Shown here one piece after another: positions 13,170 through 26,544 of a DNA stretch of 64,000 nucleotides. The stretch is from the NCBI GenBank assembly GCA_951406725.2, contig OX597821.1, positions 9,238,001 to 9,302,000 of the forward strand, written 5' to 3'. The notes under the pieces are model-generated. The model was not told the origin of the DNA, did not search any database, and was given only the letters and a program-made list of their open reading frames with translations. Position 1 is the stretch's first letter; each line of letters opens with the position of its first letter. The position numbers were made by a program, and so were the translations under genes. This stretch comes from Octopus vulgaris (taxonomy: Eukaryota).

Positions 13170-13512
13170 TGGGGTAAAGACCCCCTTCGGTCAGGCACTG
13201 ACCATGGGTTTGCACCTAGAGAGATACCCTCTGAGGCACAAGTCTGGGCAAGGTTGTTTTATGGAAGACCAGCAGTCACCCATGCATACCGGCCTCCCCT
13301 CTCCACGTCACCGATGTTGTCCAAGGGAAAGGCAAGGGCCGATACAGCTTGGCACCTGTGACGTCGCAACTCATTTCTACAGCTGAGTGAACTGGAGCAA
13401 CGTGAAATAAAGTGCCTTGCTCAAGAACACAACACGCAGCCCCGTCCGGGATTCGAGCTCACAACCTCACGATCGTAAGCTCGACGCTCTAACCACTGAG
13501 CCATGCGCCTTC
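13170..13512 (-). mobile_element. tRNA-derived SINE
   Basis: Minus strand GAAGGCGCATGGCTCAGTGGTTAGAGC...GAGCTCGAATCCC; central segment shared with the 3447 copy, different tail. Confidence 0.85.
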
Positions 13513-13548
13513 ACACACAAAGATACATGCATATATGTGTCTAACAGC

Positions 13549-13582
<34 letters not shown>

Positions 13583-13633
13583 GAATACATATGTACTGCA
13601 ACAAAAACTTATATGTAGGGATATAGAGGTATG

Positions 13634-13935
13634 GGAAGGCACGTGGTTTAGTGGCTAGGGTAATCATCACACGATTCTATTGTCGACAGTTCGATTCCCG
13701 GTGGCGCGTTGCTGCGGTCCATTCAGCGGGCAAAAATGAGCTGTAACTATATATCAAAGGGGTCACCCTGTATGTCAAAGGACCGGCCTCGTCACATTCT
13801 ATGTTACGCCGAAACTTCTTTAGGAGTAAGCGTGTCTGTGGAGTACTCAGCCACTTGCACGTTAATTTCAGGAGCGGGCCGTTATGTTGATCGGATCAAC
13901 TGGGACCGTTATCGTTGTAACAAATGGAGTGCCAA
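13634..13935 (+). mobile_element. tRNA-derived SINE, internally deleted
   Basis: GAAGGCACGTGGTTTAGTGG...GTTCGATTCCC; tail like the 3447 copy. Confidence 0.8.
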
Positions 13936-14140
13936 TATAGAGGTATACATCCATACACACAAACGAACGTTACTTAAACGCTGACAAATATTATGCATCA
14001 GGTAATGCATTCTTGCATGCCTTTATGCAAATTTTTCCGACAATGTATGTATATGTGTGTGTATGTATTTCTTCTTTTTCTTTCGTTCTCTTATATATTT
14101 TCTCGCCGCATAATATTTTGTGTGAAATTTCATTTTTCGG

Positions 14141-14218
14141 AAACTGAGCAGGAGAATCGTTATAGGTTCACAACTTTCAGATGATAAGAAAGATGAATTC
14201 ATTAGAAATTATGCAAAT
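14141..14218 (+). pseudogene. M13 pseudo-exon with both splice sites mutated
   Basis: catttttcGG|KLSRRIVIGSQLSDDKKDEFIRNYAN|ATaatt; 78 nt open frame at the position of the M13 'IGYP..Y' exon. Confidence 0.65.
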
Positions 14219-14641
14219 ATAATTTTTTTTTATTTCCTCGTATATTTTTTCACTATAGAAAATATGCGCCGAATATTTCCTTTATAAAATTTGGTCATTC
14301 TCTCTGATGTTTCATAAGAATCTAAAATTTATAGTTGTTATTTATATATAAAGCGTTGAAAATATTCTGATTACTCCTAGAGGAGGAATCTGTATATAGT
14401 TTATAAATTATATAAAATGTCCATATATGTGTTTCGTGATTTTTGAAAATTGAGAAAAAACATTCAATGTGAAGCTTCATTTATTTAAATGGTGGAATAC
14501 GTATATCCTTTCTGTAACAGCTTAAATACGAATAAATATTCTTGAATTAAATGCCGCGCATTCTTAAATTTGCTTAACAGCTCCTGCTGCTTTATAGTTT
14601 ATATTAATTTTGCTAAACATGAATAAATATTTATATTTCAG

Positions 14642-14714
14642 CTAACGGTCACTGATAATGTTTTCACAAATAGCATTCGTTTGAAGCAAAAACGTTTAGA
14701 ACTACAGAATTTAG
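14642..14714 (+). CDS. M13 exon (F-x-N motif)
   Basis: tatatttcAG|LTVTDNVFTNSIRLKQKRLELQNL|GTatgc; the original donor may lie about 8 nt further on. Confidence 0.7.
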
Positions 14715-14779
14715 GTATGCTGAAGAATACTTCAATATAGATATAGATATATATACATTCATATACGTATATATGTATG

Positions 14780-14825
<46 letters not shown>

Positions 14826-14830
<5 letters not shown>

Positions 14831-15556
14831 CAACAATATTAAGGAATGGCCCTGATAGGCCATTCGACCCACTAGAAAGTGCAGCCAAACTCAAACCGCT
14901 AAATAGTTGTAATTCTGAAATCAAAGGAGAAATAAAAACAGTTACCCTTATCATATTTGGACTATGCATAGTTTCGACACTTTGGTAAACCAATTTACTT
15001 AAATTAAATTAAATTTGTTTACATCTGGCCTGTCTCGTCAGCAAAGAAGCCAAGGAAAATATATATCCACGAGGCGACACCAGTGACGCCTCGAGTCTAT
15101 ATACTTTAAATGTTCAAAGTCCACCGTCACCACGCCATCTTCTCAGTAGCAAATATAAACTGCTGGTATAATTTCAAAATTAGCCAAAGCATCATTAATT
15201 AATCAATATAAGGGTAACAAAAAATTCAAGAAAAGTTTTTTGCCACCAGCGGTCTAGTGAGAAAGAAAAATAGTCACAGACTATATATATATAATTTCAA
15301 CAATATTAAGGAATGGCCCTGATAGGCCATTCGACCCACTAGAAAGGGTAAATATTTTTATTTCTCCTTTGATTTCAGAATTACAACTATTTAGCGGTTT
15401 GAGTTTGGCTGGTCTTTCTAGTGGGTCGAATGGCCTATCAGGGCCATTCCTTAATATTGTTGAAATTATATATATATAGTGTGTGACTATTTTTCTTTCT
15501 CACTAGACCGCTGGTGGCGAAAAGTTTTTCTTGAATTTTTTCCTACCCTTATATTG
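14826..15556 (-). mobile_element. Penelope-like non-autonomous element with direct and inverted partial repeats
   Basis: Direct repeat 14827-14879 / 15295-15346; inverted copy 15344-15556; hammerhead at 14956-15045. Confidence 0.7.
14956..15045 (-). ncRNA. Type I hammerhead ribozyme with extended stem II
   Basis: Minus strand: UUUG-CUGACGA-GACA..GUAAAC..GUUUAC..UGUC-GAAA-CUAUGCAUAG-UC^CAAA; all core nucleotides intact, palindromic stem III. Confidence 0.8.
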
Positions 15557-15917
<361 letters not shown>

Positions 15918-16039
15918 TGATATAACTGGACTAATAAGATATTGTAGTCTAGAGTGGCCGTATGTTAGGTTCTTGCAACAACCATATTGGATTAATCACT
16001 TTCACGATCTTTTGCTTTTCACTATTTTAATTTTTGTAG

Positions 16040-16116
16040 TCGCGATGTTCAACTGAAAATCCCGAAGAAAAAGAATATTACTTACTTCATGCTGTACACG
16101 CTCCGATGGAAGCAAG
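16040..16116 (+). CDS. M13 penultimate exon
   Basis: tttttgtAG|SRCSTENPEEKEYYLLHAVHAPMEA(R)|GTaaat; 77 nt, phase 0-2; matches xWC..........DxHxPxxxR. Confidence 0.85.
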
Positions 16117-16276
16117 GTAAATGGAATTCATTTCAAATACTTTCTACTTGTCATTTAAATGCTTTGTTCGTGTGTGGAACCATTGAAGATCTAGATTTTT
16201 TGCGCTCTCATTCTTTTTCTCATTGTCTGTTTCTCTATCTCTCTCTCTAATATACATACATTCAAATTATATATAT

Positions 16277-16338
<62 letters not shown>

Positions 16339-17060
16339 GGAGATAGGTGTACGTTTGTTGTTGCGTTCTTGTCCCACTTTGTAATTTATATTTTATATTT
16401 AATTTCTATACATATATATACATATATATATATGGTCTTCTTTTTATAAAGCTGCAAAACTCTTACACCGAGTTTCAAGCTCCCATTCGTCGGGCAGTTC
16501 TATATATGATTCCTTTAAAGAAAAAAACGAACTATGTTGATATATTTTTAATCGAGGGCCACATTTTTTAACTGATTGATAATTTTTAGCAATTCATTTT
16601 CATCACCCAGTTTATTCGATTTCTATATACTTTTTTCTTGACAGGCCCTTCTATACCTTTTGTATTTTTATATGTGCATATATATTTTTTACCTTCCGTG
16701 CTTATATATGTATTTCTTTTATATGTTGATGAATAAAATGAAGTAAACAATGCAATCATCTCATCAGTGTAAAAAAGAAACAAAATACATCAATAAAAAA
16801 CTACCGCTTATATGAATAACAGCGATATCACATTCTGTTAAAATGACTTATTGATGTTTTTTCACCCTGACAAGATGATTGCATTGTTTTAGATCATTTT
16901 AAAGCTGCTGTTAATTATGGTTAAAATATTCTAAACGGAATTACTCGTGTCCCTTAAAAAGATATCATCACTATTATTCCTTTACGAGCGTGAACGCAGT
17001 ATATTTTCATTTTCTATGTTCTAAAATATTTTCTAATTTTATATTCTTTATTCATTCCAG

Positions 17061-17166
17061 GGTTCAAATTCCTCTGCAGAATTCGAAAGATTTTTCCGAA
17101 GCATTCGGTTGTCAGAAAGATTCTAAAATGAATCAACGACGTAAAAGCAATCTGTGGGATAACTAA
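17061..17166 (+). CDS. M13 terminal coding exon
   Basis: ttcattccAG|(R)VQIPLQNSKDFSEAFGCQKDSKMNQRRKSNLWDN*; matches RVxxxLxNxxxFxxAFxCxxxSxMNPxxKCxxW. Confidence 0.9.
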
Positions 17167-17829
17167 GAAAAAATATTGAATAAGAGAAGCCTGTAGGTTG
17201 TTGAAAACCATTGTACATCTGTTATAGGCTTGCGTGAATATGGTTGTGTGTATATATAAGCAGAGATTTTGCACTCTTATACGTATATATACCCTTCGAA
17301 ATGTTCAGAGGATTATGAAATATAGGGAGAATGACATTATACTCATATAAGGATGTACATATTAAGTGTACATGCTTCGCAAATCAATGCTCGCTACATG
17401 TGTTTAGAAGTTTCTATTTGTTATTCTTTTATATTTTCCTACTTTAAGTTATTTGATTGAATAATCTATTCGCGAAAGGCCATTTAAATATTCATATACA
17501 CATTTTTATGACCTTTTCTTATAAGTTCCGAACTCCATAATAACCTTTGTATTTGTAACTTTTCCCATCGATCCCTCTCTCAAAACGGTACAGAACCCGA
17601 CACCAACATTTACCACACTAAAATAAAGCTAAAATAAAAAGAAGCAAAGCCGTGCAGATATGTAGGCATACATACTAACAGACACATACAAAAAGTACAC
17701 ATGATATGTGTGAGTCTCTACGTGTGCGTATAAGATGGGTTTCTCACAAATTCGATTAAATTTGTTTCCAGTTTATTTTCGGACTTAGGGTTACATCTTT
17801 ATGAATTATTCTTTGTAACTTACGATTTC

Positions 17830-20010
17830 ATGAATTAGTCTTCCTTTGTCTTTCATATTTAGTCATAAATTTTCTGTTACCATTGTTATTATATGGAGTG
17901 TTGGCTATTTTCGGTTTAATTTGGGATCTAGAATTCTTATAAATATTCTTCGTTTGCCTTTCTTAGTCGAACATTTTCATCGTTTATTTTGTAAAATGGG
18001 AATATTTCAAATCTTCCATTTGTGTAGATATCTAAATGTTCCCTGCAGCGGACACTACTGAGAGATGAATCCTTAATATGTTTTTTATGCACATTTACAT
18101 AACTGCTCAGTTTCCCTCCTGTCTCCTCAATGTAGTTTTCATTGCATTGTGAGCTTTTGCAATTCATGTTTGCGTCCACTTTTAATTCCTTCCCATTCTT
18201 GAATCTTTTGTTTGTCCTTTACTCTCTCTTTACTCTTTTACTTATTTCAGTCTTTTGACTGCGGCCATGCTGGAGCACCGCCTTTAATCGAGCAACTCGA
18301 CCCCGGGACTTATTCTTTTGTAAGCCCAGTACTTATTCTATCGGTCTCTTTTGCCGAACCGCTAAGTAACGGGGACATAAACATACCAGCATCGGTTGTA
18401 AAGCAATACTAGGGGGACAGACACAGACACACAAACACGCACGCACATATATATATATATATATACGCCGGGCTTCTTTCAGTTTCCGTCTACCAAATCC
18501 ACTCACAAGGCATTGGTCGGCCCGGGGCTATAGCAGAAGACACTTGCCCAAGATGCCACGCAGTGGGACAGAACCCGGAACCATGTGGTTGGTTAGCAAG
18601 CTACTTACCACACAGCCACTCCTTTGCTCAAATAATTCATATAATCTACAACCTGGGTCGCCATAGTTAGTTCCGTGTATCAATTCTCTTTTAAATATGG
18701 ATTTTGCTTCTGTTTGGAGTATTTTGAGGTTAGGTTGCTGACTTCGAATGTTAATAATTTGTGAGCTTTTTTTTTAAATCATTCGTTGGGGATTTGAAGA
18801 TTGGGGTAGAATTGGAAGGTATCATTCAGCTGAGTGCAGGATGTTGTATTTTCTATGGCTATGGGTGATTACAAAAAGAATATTTGTATTGTTATTTTTG
18901 TTTTCTCGCCTAGCCTGTGTGTTGATCCGCAAGGTAGAAATCAGGACTGTGTTTGCTTTTGTTATGGAATGTTGAATTAACTTGTTGAGGTGTTTTTGTT
19001 TCTGAAGGAGTATATTGTTCTGCTGGTAGTTTCTCTCGTCTGATGGTATTGTGACTATTGAGATATGCATATTGCATATGCTCAAATTGTATGTTCCTCT
19101 TTCTACGGGAAGGGTGGAAATATCTAACACCTAAATATTGGTGTGTGTCTAAGTTTTTGCACTAGAGGTCAAGTGTAACTGTCTCATTTCATTTAATAAT
19201 CAGAATACCCAGAGAGGGGAGTTCATTTTCATTTATTTCCATAGTTAATTGTGTTGTTGAGAGACGAATGTTATTTATTAATTTAAGAAATTTATTAAGG
19301 TCCGCCTTAATTCGGTTTCAAAATATGAAGCAATCTTCTAAGGTAGGTTTGAAATGGCACTCAAAAGGAGTTCTAGATAGTGTGTAGATTTTTCTTCAAA
19401 GTATCCCATTACAAGTGTGGTAAATGTTGGTGCGACTTTCGTCTCGATTGTAGTGTCTTGTATTTGTACATAATATTGAGTATCAAAGGCGAAGTAGTTG
19501 TTTTCTAGTTGTATCTGTAAATCTTCAAATACAAATTATTTTGGGAATCTATCCTTCTTTATCTGTGGGTGTATGTTTATTGAAAAATCTACTGCTTCTA
19601 ATCTGCATATATATGAGGAATTTTGTAGAAACTAGCTACACGAAAGCTAACTAGTACTATCTCTTTATCTACCCGTTCTGTATATGATTTAAGAAGTCCA
19701 TGTAATCTCTGATGAAACTGGGAACTAATCTGAATAAATGTTTTAAAATTTGTCAAGTAATTTGCTTAAACTTGTGGGCTGGGTGTTGGTTCAACAGCAA
19801 TCAGATGCAATTCGAGATAAATTTGTTTGAGAATATTTATATATGGAATATGGAGGGCTTCTAAGCTGTAGATGTTCTGTTTGGATTTGTGGAGTTTAGA
19901 AAGTCGATAGAAGTTACTGGGTTTCACTTTGAAATTCATGAGGTAATCTAACTCTTTTTAATTGTTAAGTCATACTAGAACTCTTTGGAATGTTTAATAA
20001 TTTTTCTCAT
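17830..20010 (-). mobile_element. Decayed Penelope-like retroelement (RT plus GIY-YIG endonuclease)
   Basis: CKSSQCNENYIEETG..L...VNVHKKHI..HL..E (GIY-YIG region); DTTIETKVAPTFTTLVMG (cf. GTAMG..AP..A.L.M); interrupted by a SINE. Confidence 0.8.
18215..18625 (-). mobile_element. tRNA-derived SINE nested in the Penelope-like element
   Basis: Minus strand GGAGTGGCTGTGTGGTAAG...GGTTCTGTCCC head; same family as 51545-51985. Confidence 0.8.
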
Positions 20011-21325
20011 ATTTCGGATGTATATTCCTCAGTGATGCACCAGCACGGATCCAGTTGCATGCCTGAAACGAGTAAAAAAGGTAAAAATATGCGCGCGCGC
20101 GCGTGTGTGTGTGTTTAAATGATTATGTATTCAACACTACTAAATTGATTTTAAAGACAATTGTAGAAAAAATATTTGAGAATTTATTAAGATTAAAAAT
20201 AAGAAACATTTTACTTTGTTGAGTCAAAATGTATTACAATTAACATTGTTGTGTGTAAATTTCAATTATTTCAGACAATTAGGTTATATGTTTAGAAAGA
20301 ATACAAAAATAACAAAAACAATTAATAAGAATAAATGAACTTATAATATCGCAGTCATTAAAAATATGGAGTTCCTAACAAAGGACATTAAAACTGTTTT
20401 TTTTTATCTCGAATTACTGTTATATTCAATCTCATAATAAAATATTAAATTGTAATATAAACTGAGTACATCGAAATATCGATACACTGGAATATATATT
20501 ACGTATAGTTATAAATAAATAAACCATAATATTCAACTACTTCTTCAATTGTTTCATTTTCGCAGGCATTCACTCGTGTGTCCTCTTTTTAGAATCAATT
20601 AAATATTAGGTGAACAGTGTGTTGGGTCATAGAAATAAAGCAATTACTTACACAGAATTTCATAAATAAGGATGACGAATAAAATGAAGTTTATACCCTA
20701 ACTTAGAAATGCGGCTGAACACTTTATTTGTGCAGTGTATCACTTGATGATCTTTCAACAAATGACATAAGCAAGAAATATATATTCCTTAGTACGTGTC
20801 TCCTACGAATTACTTCGTGCCCCTTGCCGCTTAATAGCAATTTCGTACTGAACTTCAAACTTGACAAAATCAAATTTGCAAACATGGTCTTGAACTTCGT
20901 TTCCTGTGTATAGATGTATACCTGCTCTATTTCAGAATACTTCGGCTACAACATCGACTTTTTTTTTTTCAAAGTCTGAAGGACGGCATTTCTGAGGAGA
21001 GAGTGTAAGCCGATTACATCGACCCAATTACTTGGTATGAGCATTAGATTATCGTCATAATAAGTATGTTAGCTCACCACTTTTCCTCTCTAAAATGAGT
21101 GTTGCTACTACAGACACAAGCCTAACATTGTTGAGAAGTGCTTAACTGTGCTTAACTGGCATTTATTTTGATGACCCTGAAATAATAAAAGGGACAATCG
21201 ACATCGGGGGAAAATCATCTCAGAATGTACGGCTGGAACAAATACTGTGAGGAATCTTTCTCCAGCGTGCTAACGATACTGCCACTTCACCACGTTCTCT
21301 ATCTCAACTAAACCCTTCTATATTA

Positions 21326-21368
<43 letters not shown>

Positions 21369-21599
21369 GAATCACAATCTGCTCAACTGGTATTATGTCT
21401 ACTGGCTCTCTGATGGATGAAAAGCAATGTCTACATTGTCGAAATTTGTACTCAGGGAAACGATATAACTGAAATCTAGTACGTAAAATACAAAAGTAAT
21501 GTATATGTAAGTATACATACATATTTGTATATGTGTGTGTGTGTTTATGTGTGCGTGTATGTATGGATATACAAATATATGTGAGTGTATGTATATATA

Positions 21600-21650
<51 letters not shown>

Positions 21651-21718
21651 ATCTATCAATCTCTCATTGGTCTGTATGTCTGTCTGTCTGTCTATCTCTC
21701 TGTCTCTGTCTCTCTCTC

Positions 21719-21777
<59 letters not shown>

Positions 21778-23249
21778 ATGTATATATATCAAATATAGAA
21801 TAAAATCACTAATAATTTTACCAGGTGGTCAGGGCGGAAATAAAAAAAAAACGTGTGTACATTTTATAAACATATACATATTATGGGCTCGTTTTATAAT
21901 ATCTTATAATTATGTACATAATTATAACAAGAGTTTGGCTTTACGCCTCACCACGCAAGTTATTCAAGTTGGAGGGGAGAAAAGTTGAAAGTCGAAGTAA
22001 ATATGACAAAATATATATCGTGCTTTCCAAAAGAGAAGGTGTCCTACGTGATATTCAAGATAACCACTGTTGATATTATGATAATTAGCTTTTCAGTAAA
22101 GCAGAGCTCGCAATTGCTAGCCGTTCCCTCTATGTTAGTAGGCCTTAGTTTGATGCTTATATGAGGGTTCGATAAGGTTCCTCTCTTTATGTGTCCATAC
22201 TATCTTGCATAAAAATCATGTGTGTTTTAACTTATAATACTGATAAAGATGATGTGTGTTTTTACTTATAATACTGATATTGCCCTTTCAAATAAAAGTA
22301 AGGAAGTCATTACTTTTTTACAATGATGCCTATTCTATAAGTTTATTCAGAGAATACATCTTTATTTAGTATGTTATGGGCATTTGAAGAAATGATTGTA
22401 AACAACCCCCATATAAAATTAAGCATCATAGTTAAGGGCGGGAAAATTAAGCATCATAGCTAGGAGACGGGGAAGCAAATGTGAGTTGTTCATTAACCAA
22501 AAATAAAAATGTCAACTGTGAATGACTAAAGTATTTGGCAGCAAACATTCTTCCCTTTCACGCACAATCAACAATTCATACTTGAAAACTTCAAGCGTGA
22601 TTCCTCATTTGTCGTTCTGTCACTCCTCCAGCTAGGATGAGTTTCTCTTTCCACAACATTCAAACGCTTATTATGCATATAATGCTGTTGTTATTGTCCC
22701 TCAGTATTCTTTAGGCATCCAGCTTTTAAACCATATTTTAAATATTTAGTTGACGCATTTGTAAAAGGTACCCACTGTAACGTTGCCCGGTGTTTTTATC
22801 ATTACTTTGGCGTAGTAGTTTTGTTAAATAATCTCTTGTTCAAAGCAAGTCATAAAATATTATTTTTCGTATCACATTCATAATTCGACTTTAGGCTGTG
22901 GGTTCATGCTGGCACCTTCGGGACACTGAAACGCCTTTGCAAACCATTCAGAATTCTGTAATATTTTATGAACCCTGCAAATGAGAAGATAAAAAATTTT
23001 AATTTGTCAAGGCCAAAATAAATTATGTGTATATGAGATGATGTTACATGAAACATTTAAATGAAAAGCCTACGCGGTTTAACTAAAAACAAATGACATC
23101 CGATTATTTCTTTCCTTTTACGAAGACATGCATAAACGTAAGTTTTTTTCAAAATAGATAAAAGTCTGGATTAGAATACCAGTACTTATATTTAAAGTCT
23201 AGTGTCTATTCTATAATAGATACCAGACTTATACGTACAGGTGGATATG

Positions 23250-23460
23250 CAGGGTGTCCAAAAGGTCTATCGGCAGTGAATTCAGCCTAGGAGTGCTCAC
23301 ACAGCAGTATAAAAGACATAAAATTTTATGTATTGAAAATTAATGACGACACTTCCAACACATTAAGTCTAATATATACTTTTGTAGTCTCATACCATAT
23401 TACAGGTATGTATTTTGCAGTAAAATACTTAATGCGAGGTGACTCTTTGAACACCCTATG
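23250..23460. mobile_element. Possible Tc1-type MITE
   Basis: Imperfect TIRs CAGGGTGTCCAAAAG / CTTTGAACACCCTA. Confidence 0.4.
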
Positions 23461-23461
23461 T

Positions 23462-23493
<32 letters not shown>

Positions 23494-23517
23494 ACACACA
23501 CACATACATATATACAT

Positions 23518-23549
<32 letters not shown>

Positions 23550-23551
23550 TT

Positions 23552-23588
<37 letters not shown>

Positions 23589-23670
23589 ATAAATATTAGG
23601 GAATAAATCCAAATTTACAGGGAAAAATCAGATTTAGGATTAAATCCAATTTTATAGTAAAATATTATAT

Positions 23671-23956
<286 letters not shown>

Positions 23957-24013
23957 TATATGACACGTTTCCATTAGTTTAGTTCGAATTTTCACGCAAG
24001 GCACACACACACA

Positions 24014-24064
<51 letters not shown>

Positions 24065-24074
24065 ACATAATATA

Positions 24075-24106
<32 letters not shown>

Positions 24107-24108
24107 AC

Positions 24109-24139
<31 letters not shown>

Positions 24140-24909
24140 TCTATATATGGAACCATCAAAAACAGCCCCCCACACACGTTTCCATTAGTTTAGTTCGAAT
24201 TTTCACGCAAGGCACACACACACACGCGCACACACACACACACACAACGCACACACACACACACACACACAACACTCACACACATACATAACCTACATAT
24301 ATATAATGCATGCGTGTGCGTGCCGCGTATGTGTGTGGTCAATGCCCGCTAGTGTGCCCTATGTGTGCCGATGCGTGAACACACCATCCTACCCCAAAAA
24401 AAGGTCAGTAAACAAGCTCGCCTTGAATTCATAATATTCTGTACTGACCCTGAGATGTATAATATATTTATTTTAATCTTTTCTGCTCATTTCTTCAAAT
24501 ATTCTCATCATACTGTTGTACTTTCTTATGTCCTTAACATGTCCTTGTTACCAAAGACTGTATATATACATGTAATGTGGCAATTTGCAACAACCAATAA
24601 TTAACGCAACCAAACTTCCAATAATATATTTGCTTTATTCTTTTCTGCCCATTTTTTTCAAATATTCTCATCACACTGTTGTACTTCTTTATGTCCTTAA
24701 CATGTCCATGTTACCAAAGACTGTATATATACATGTAATGTGGCAATTATGTAAAAAACTTTTTTGAATTCATAATATTCTATGTTACTTTTGACAATCT
24801 TTTTCCAAAGAGTGAAACCGGTTAAGTAAATAAACATCTTTTAAATTGCATTTTCAAACCTTCTTTCGTATATAATTCTACTCGTGCGATACCCCACAAC
24901 TCAACTTTG

Positions 24910-24956
<47 letters not shown>

Positions 24957-24959
24957 CTT

Positions 24960-25480
24960 TTGAGTAATGAGATAAAAAAACAAGGCTGTATAGATATTAG
25001 AGCATTTATAGATAGAAGGACTTACAGCTGTTTCTAGAATATTAATTAATAATATCCCTTCAACGGAGACGGTGTGAGAGGAAAATTAAGTCATAGTTAG
25101 TTTCGATGTGATACATATAGAGAGTGAGGTGGAGGAAAGAAAATAGATGTGAGATATGTATGGTTAAAGAGTTCATAAATCCGTTTTATAGGCATAATGG
25201 TATATATGTGTAATATTCCAATATCCTTTGAGTTAAATCCATAAGTCCAACAGAGATTAACATGAGTCCATCCAGGTGTAAAGTTTATAAGCAATGTAAA
25301 GTTGGTCATTCCCAGTATGGAATTTATATACAGTGTAGCAGATTGGAGGTTTGTGTTTAAACCGACCTATCTCCGATGAAGGAATATTATTAACTAATAT
25401 TCTAGAAACAGTTGTAAGACCTTCTATCTATAAATGACCTATACAACCTTTTATCTCATTACGCAAACATTCATATATAC
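24960..25480. mobile_element. Head-to-head Penelope-like terminal fragments, each with a variant hammerhead
   Basis: 24960-25070 is inverted relative to 25370-25480; UCU-CCGAUGA-stem II-GAAA-CAG(C/U)UG-UA^AGA. Confidence 0.6.
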
Positions 25481-25612
25481 ACACGCTGACATAGAACCAA
25501 CGTTGAACCTTTCATTCGCAAAATTACCGAATTTGGAACTTAACTATGGTCTGTCTATCGCACTTATTCAGCATTACCTGACACCTTTGGTCTCAATGAC
25601 ACCATTATCTCG

Positions 25613-25692
<80 letters not shown>

Positions 25693-26098
25693 CATATATA
25701 TTTCTTTTTGTCATTTGATTACGTCCATGTTAGGGCGCCACCTTGGAGAGTTTCTGTGGAACAAGTGAATCCCAGGACATATTCTTAAGCAAAGTACTTA
25801 TTTCATATAATATTTCTTTTACCTAAACGCTTCGGCTCACAAAAATGCGTCACATGAAAATCGAACACAGTTACAAAGTCTCGCACAAATAGATGTATAC
25901 ATACATACATGCATACATACATACATACATACATACATACATACACACATACATACATACATACATACATCCATCCATACATACATACATACATATATAC
26001 ATACATATATATACATATATATTTTGTGTGGGTGTGTGAGTGTATTTATGCGTATATATATATGTGTGTGTATGCAGTTATGTAAATAATTATATATG

Positions 26099-26129
<31 letters not shown>

Positions 26130-26130
<1 letters not shown>

Positions 26131-26430
26131 GAGGTGCAATGACCTAGTGGTTAGGGCAGCAGACTCGCGGGCGTAGTATCGCAGCTTCGATTCCCAGACA
26201 GGACGTTGTGAGTGTTTATTGAGCGAAAACACATAAAGCTCCACGAGGCTCTGACAGGGGATGGTGGCGATCCCTGCTGTACTCTTTCGCCACAACTTTC
26301 TCTCACTCTTTCTTCTATTGACCTGCTTGCTTAGCCAGCGGGGCGGCGTCATTTGAAGGCTAAAACAATGCGAAGCGCATTGTGACCGGCGATGTGTAGC
26401 AACATCTGATAGCCTGGTCGGTCACGTGAT
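26130..26430 (+). mobile_element. tRNA-derived SINE
   Basis: Same family as 63084-63374. Confidence 0.85.
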
Positions 26431-26443
26431 CACGTGGTATATA

Positions 26444-26544
<101 letters not shown>

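Noticed and set aside
22630-22720. QHSNAYYAYNAVVIVP as the missing M13 NAYY exon
   Set aside because: Lies after the terminal exon of copy 1, motif spacing is off and no neighbouring exons were found; probably chance.
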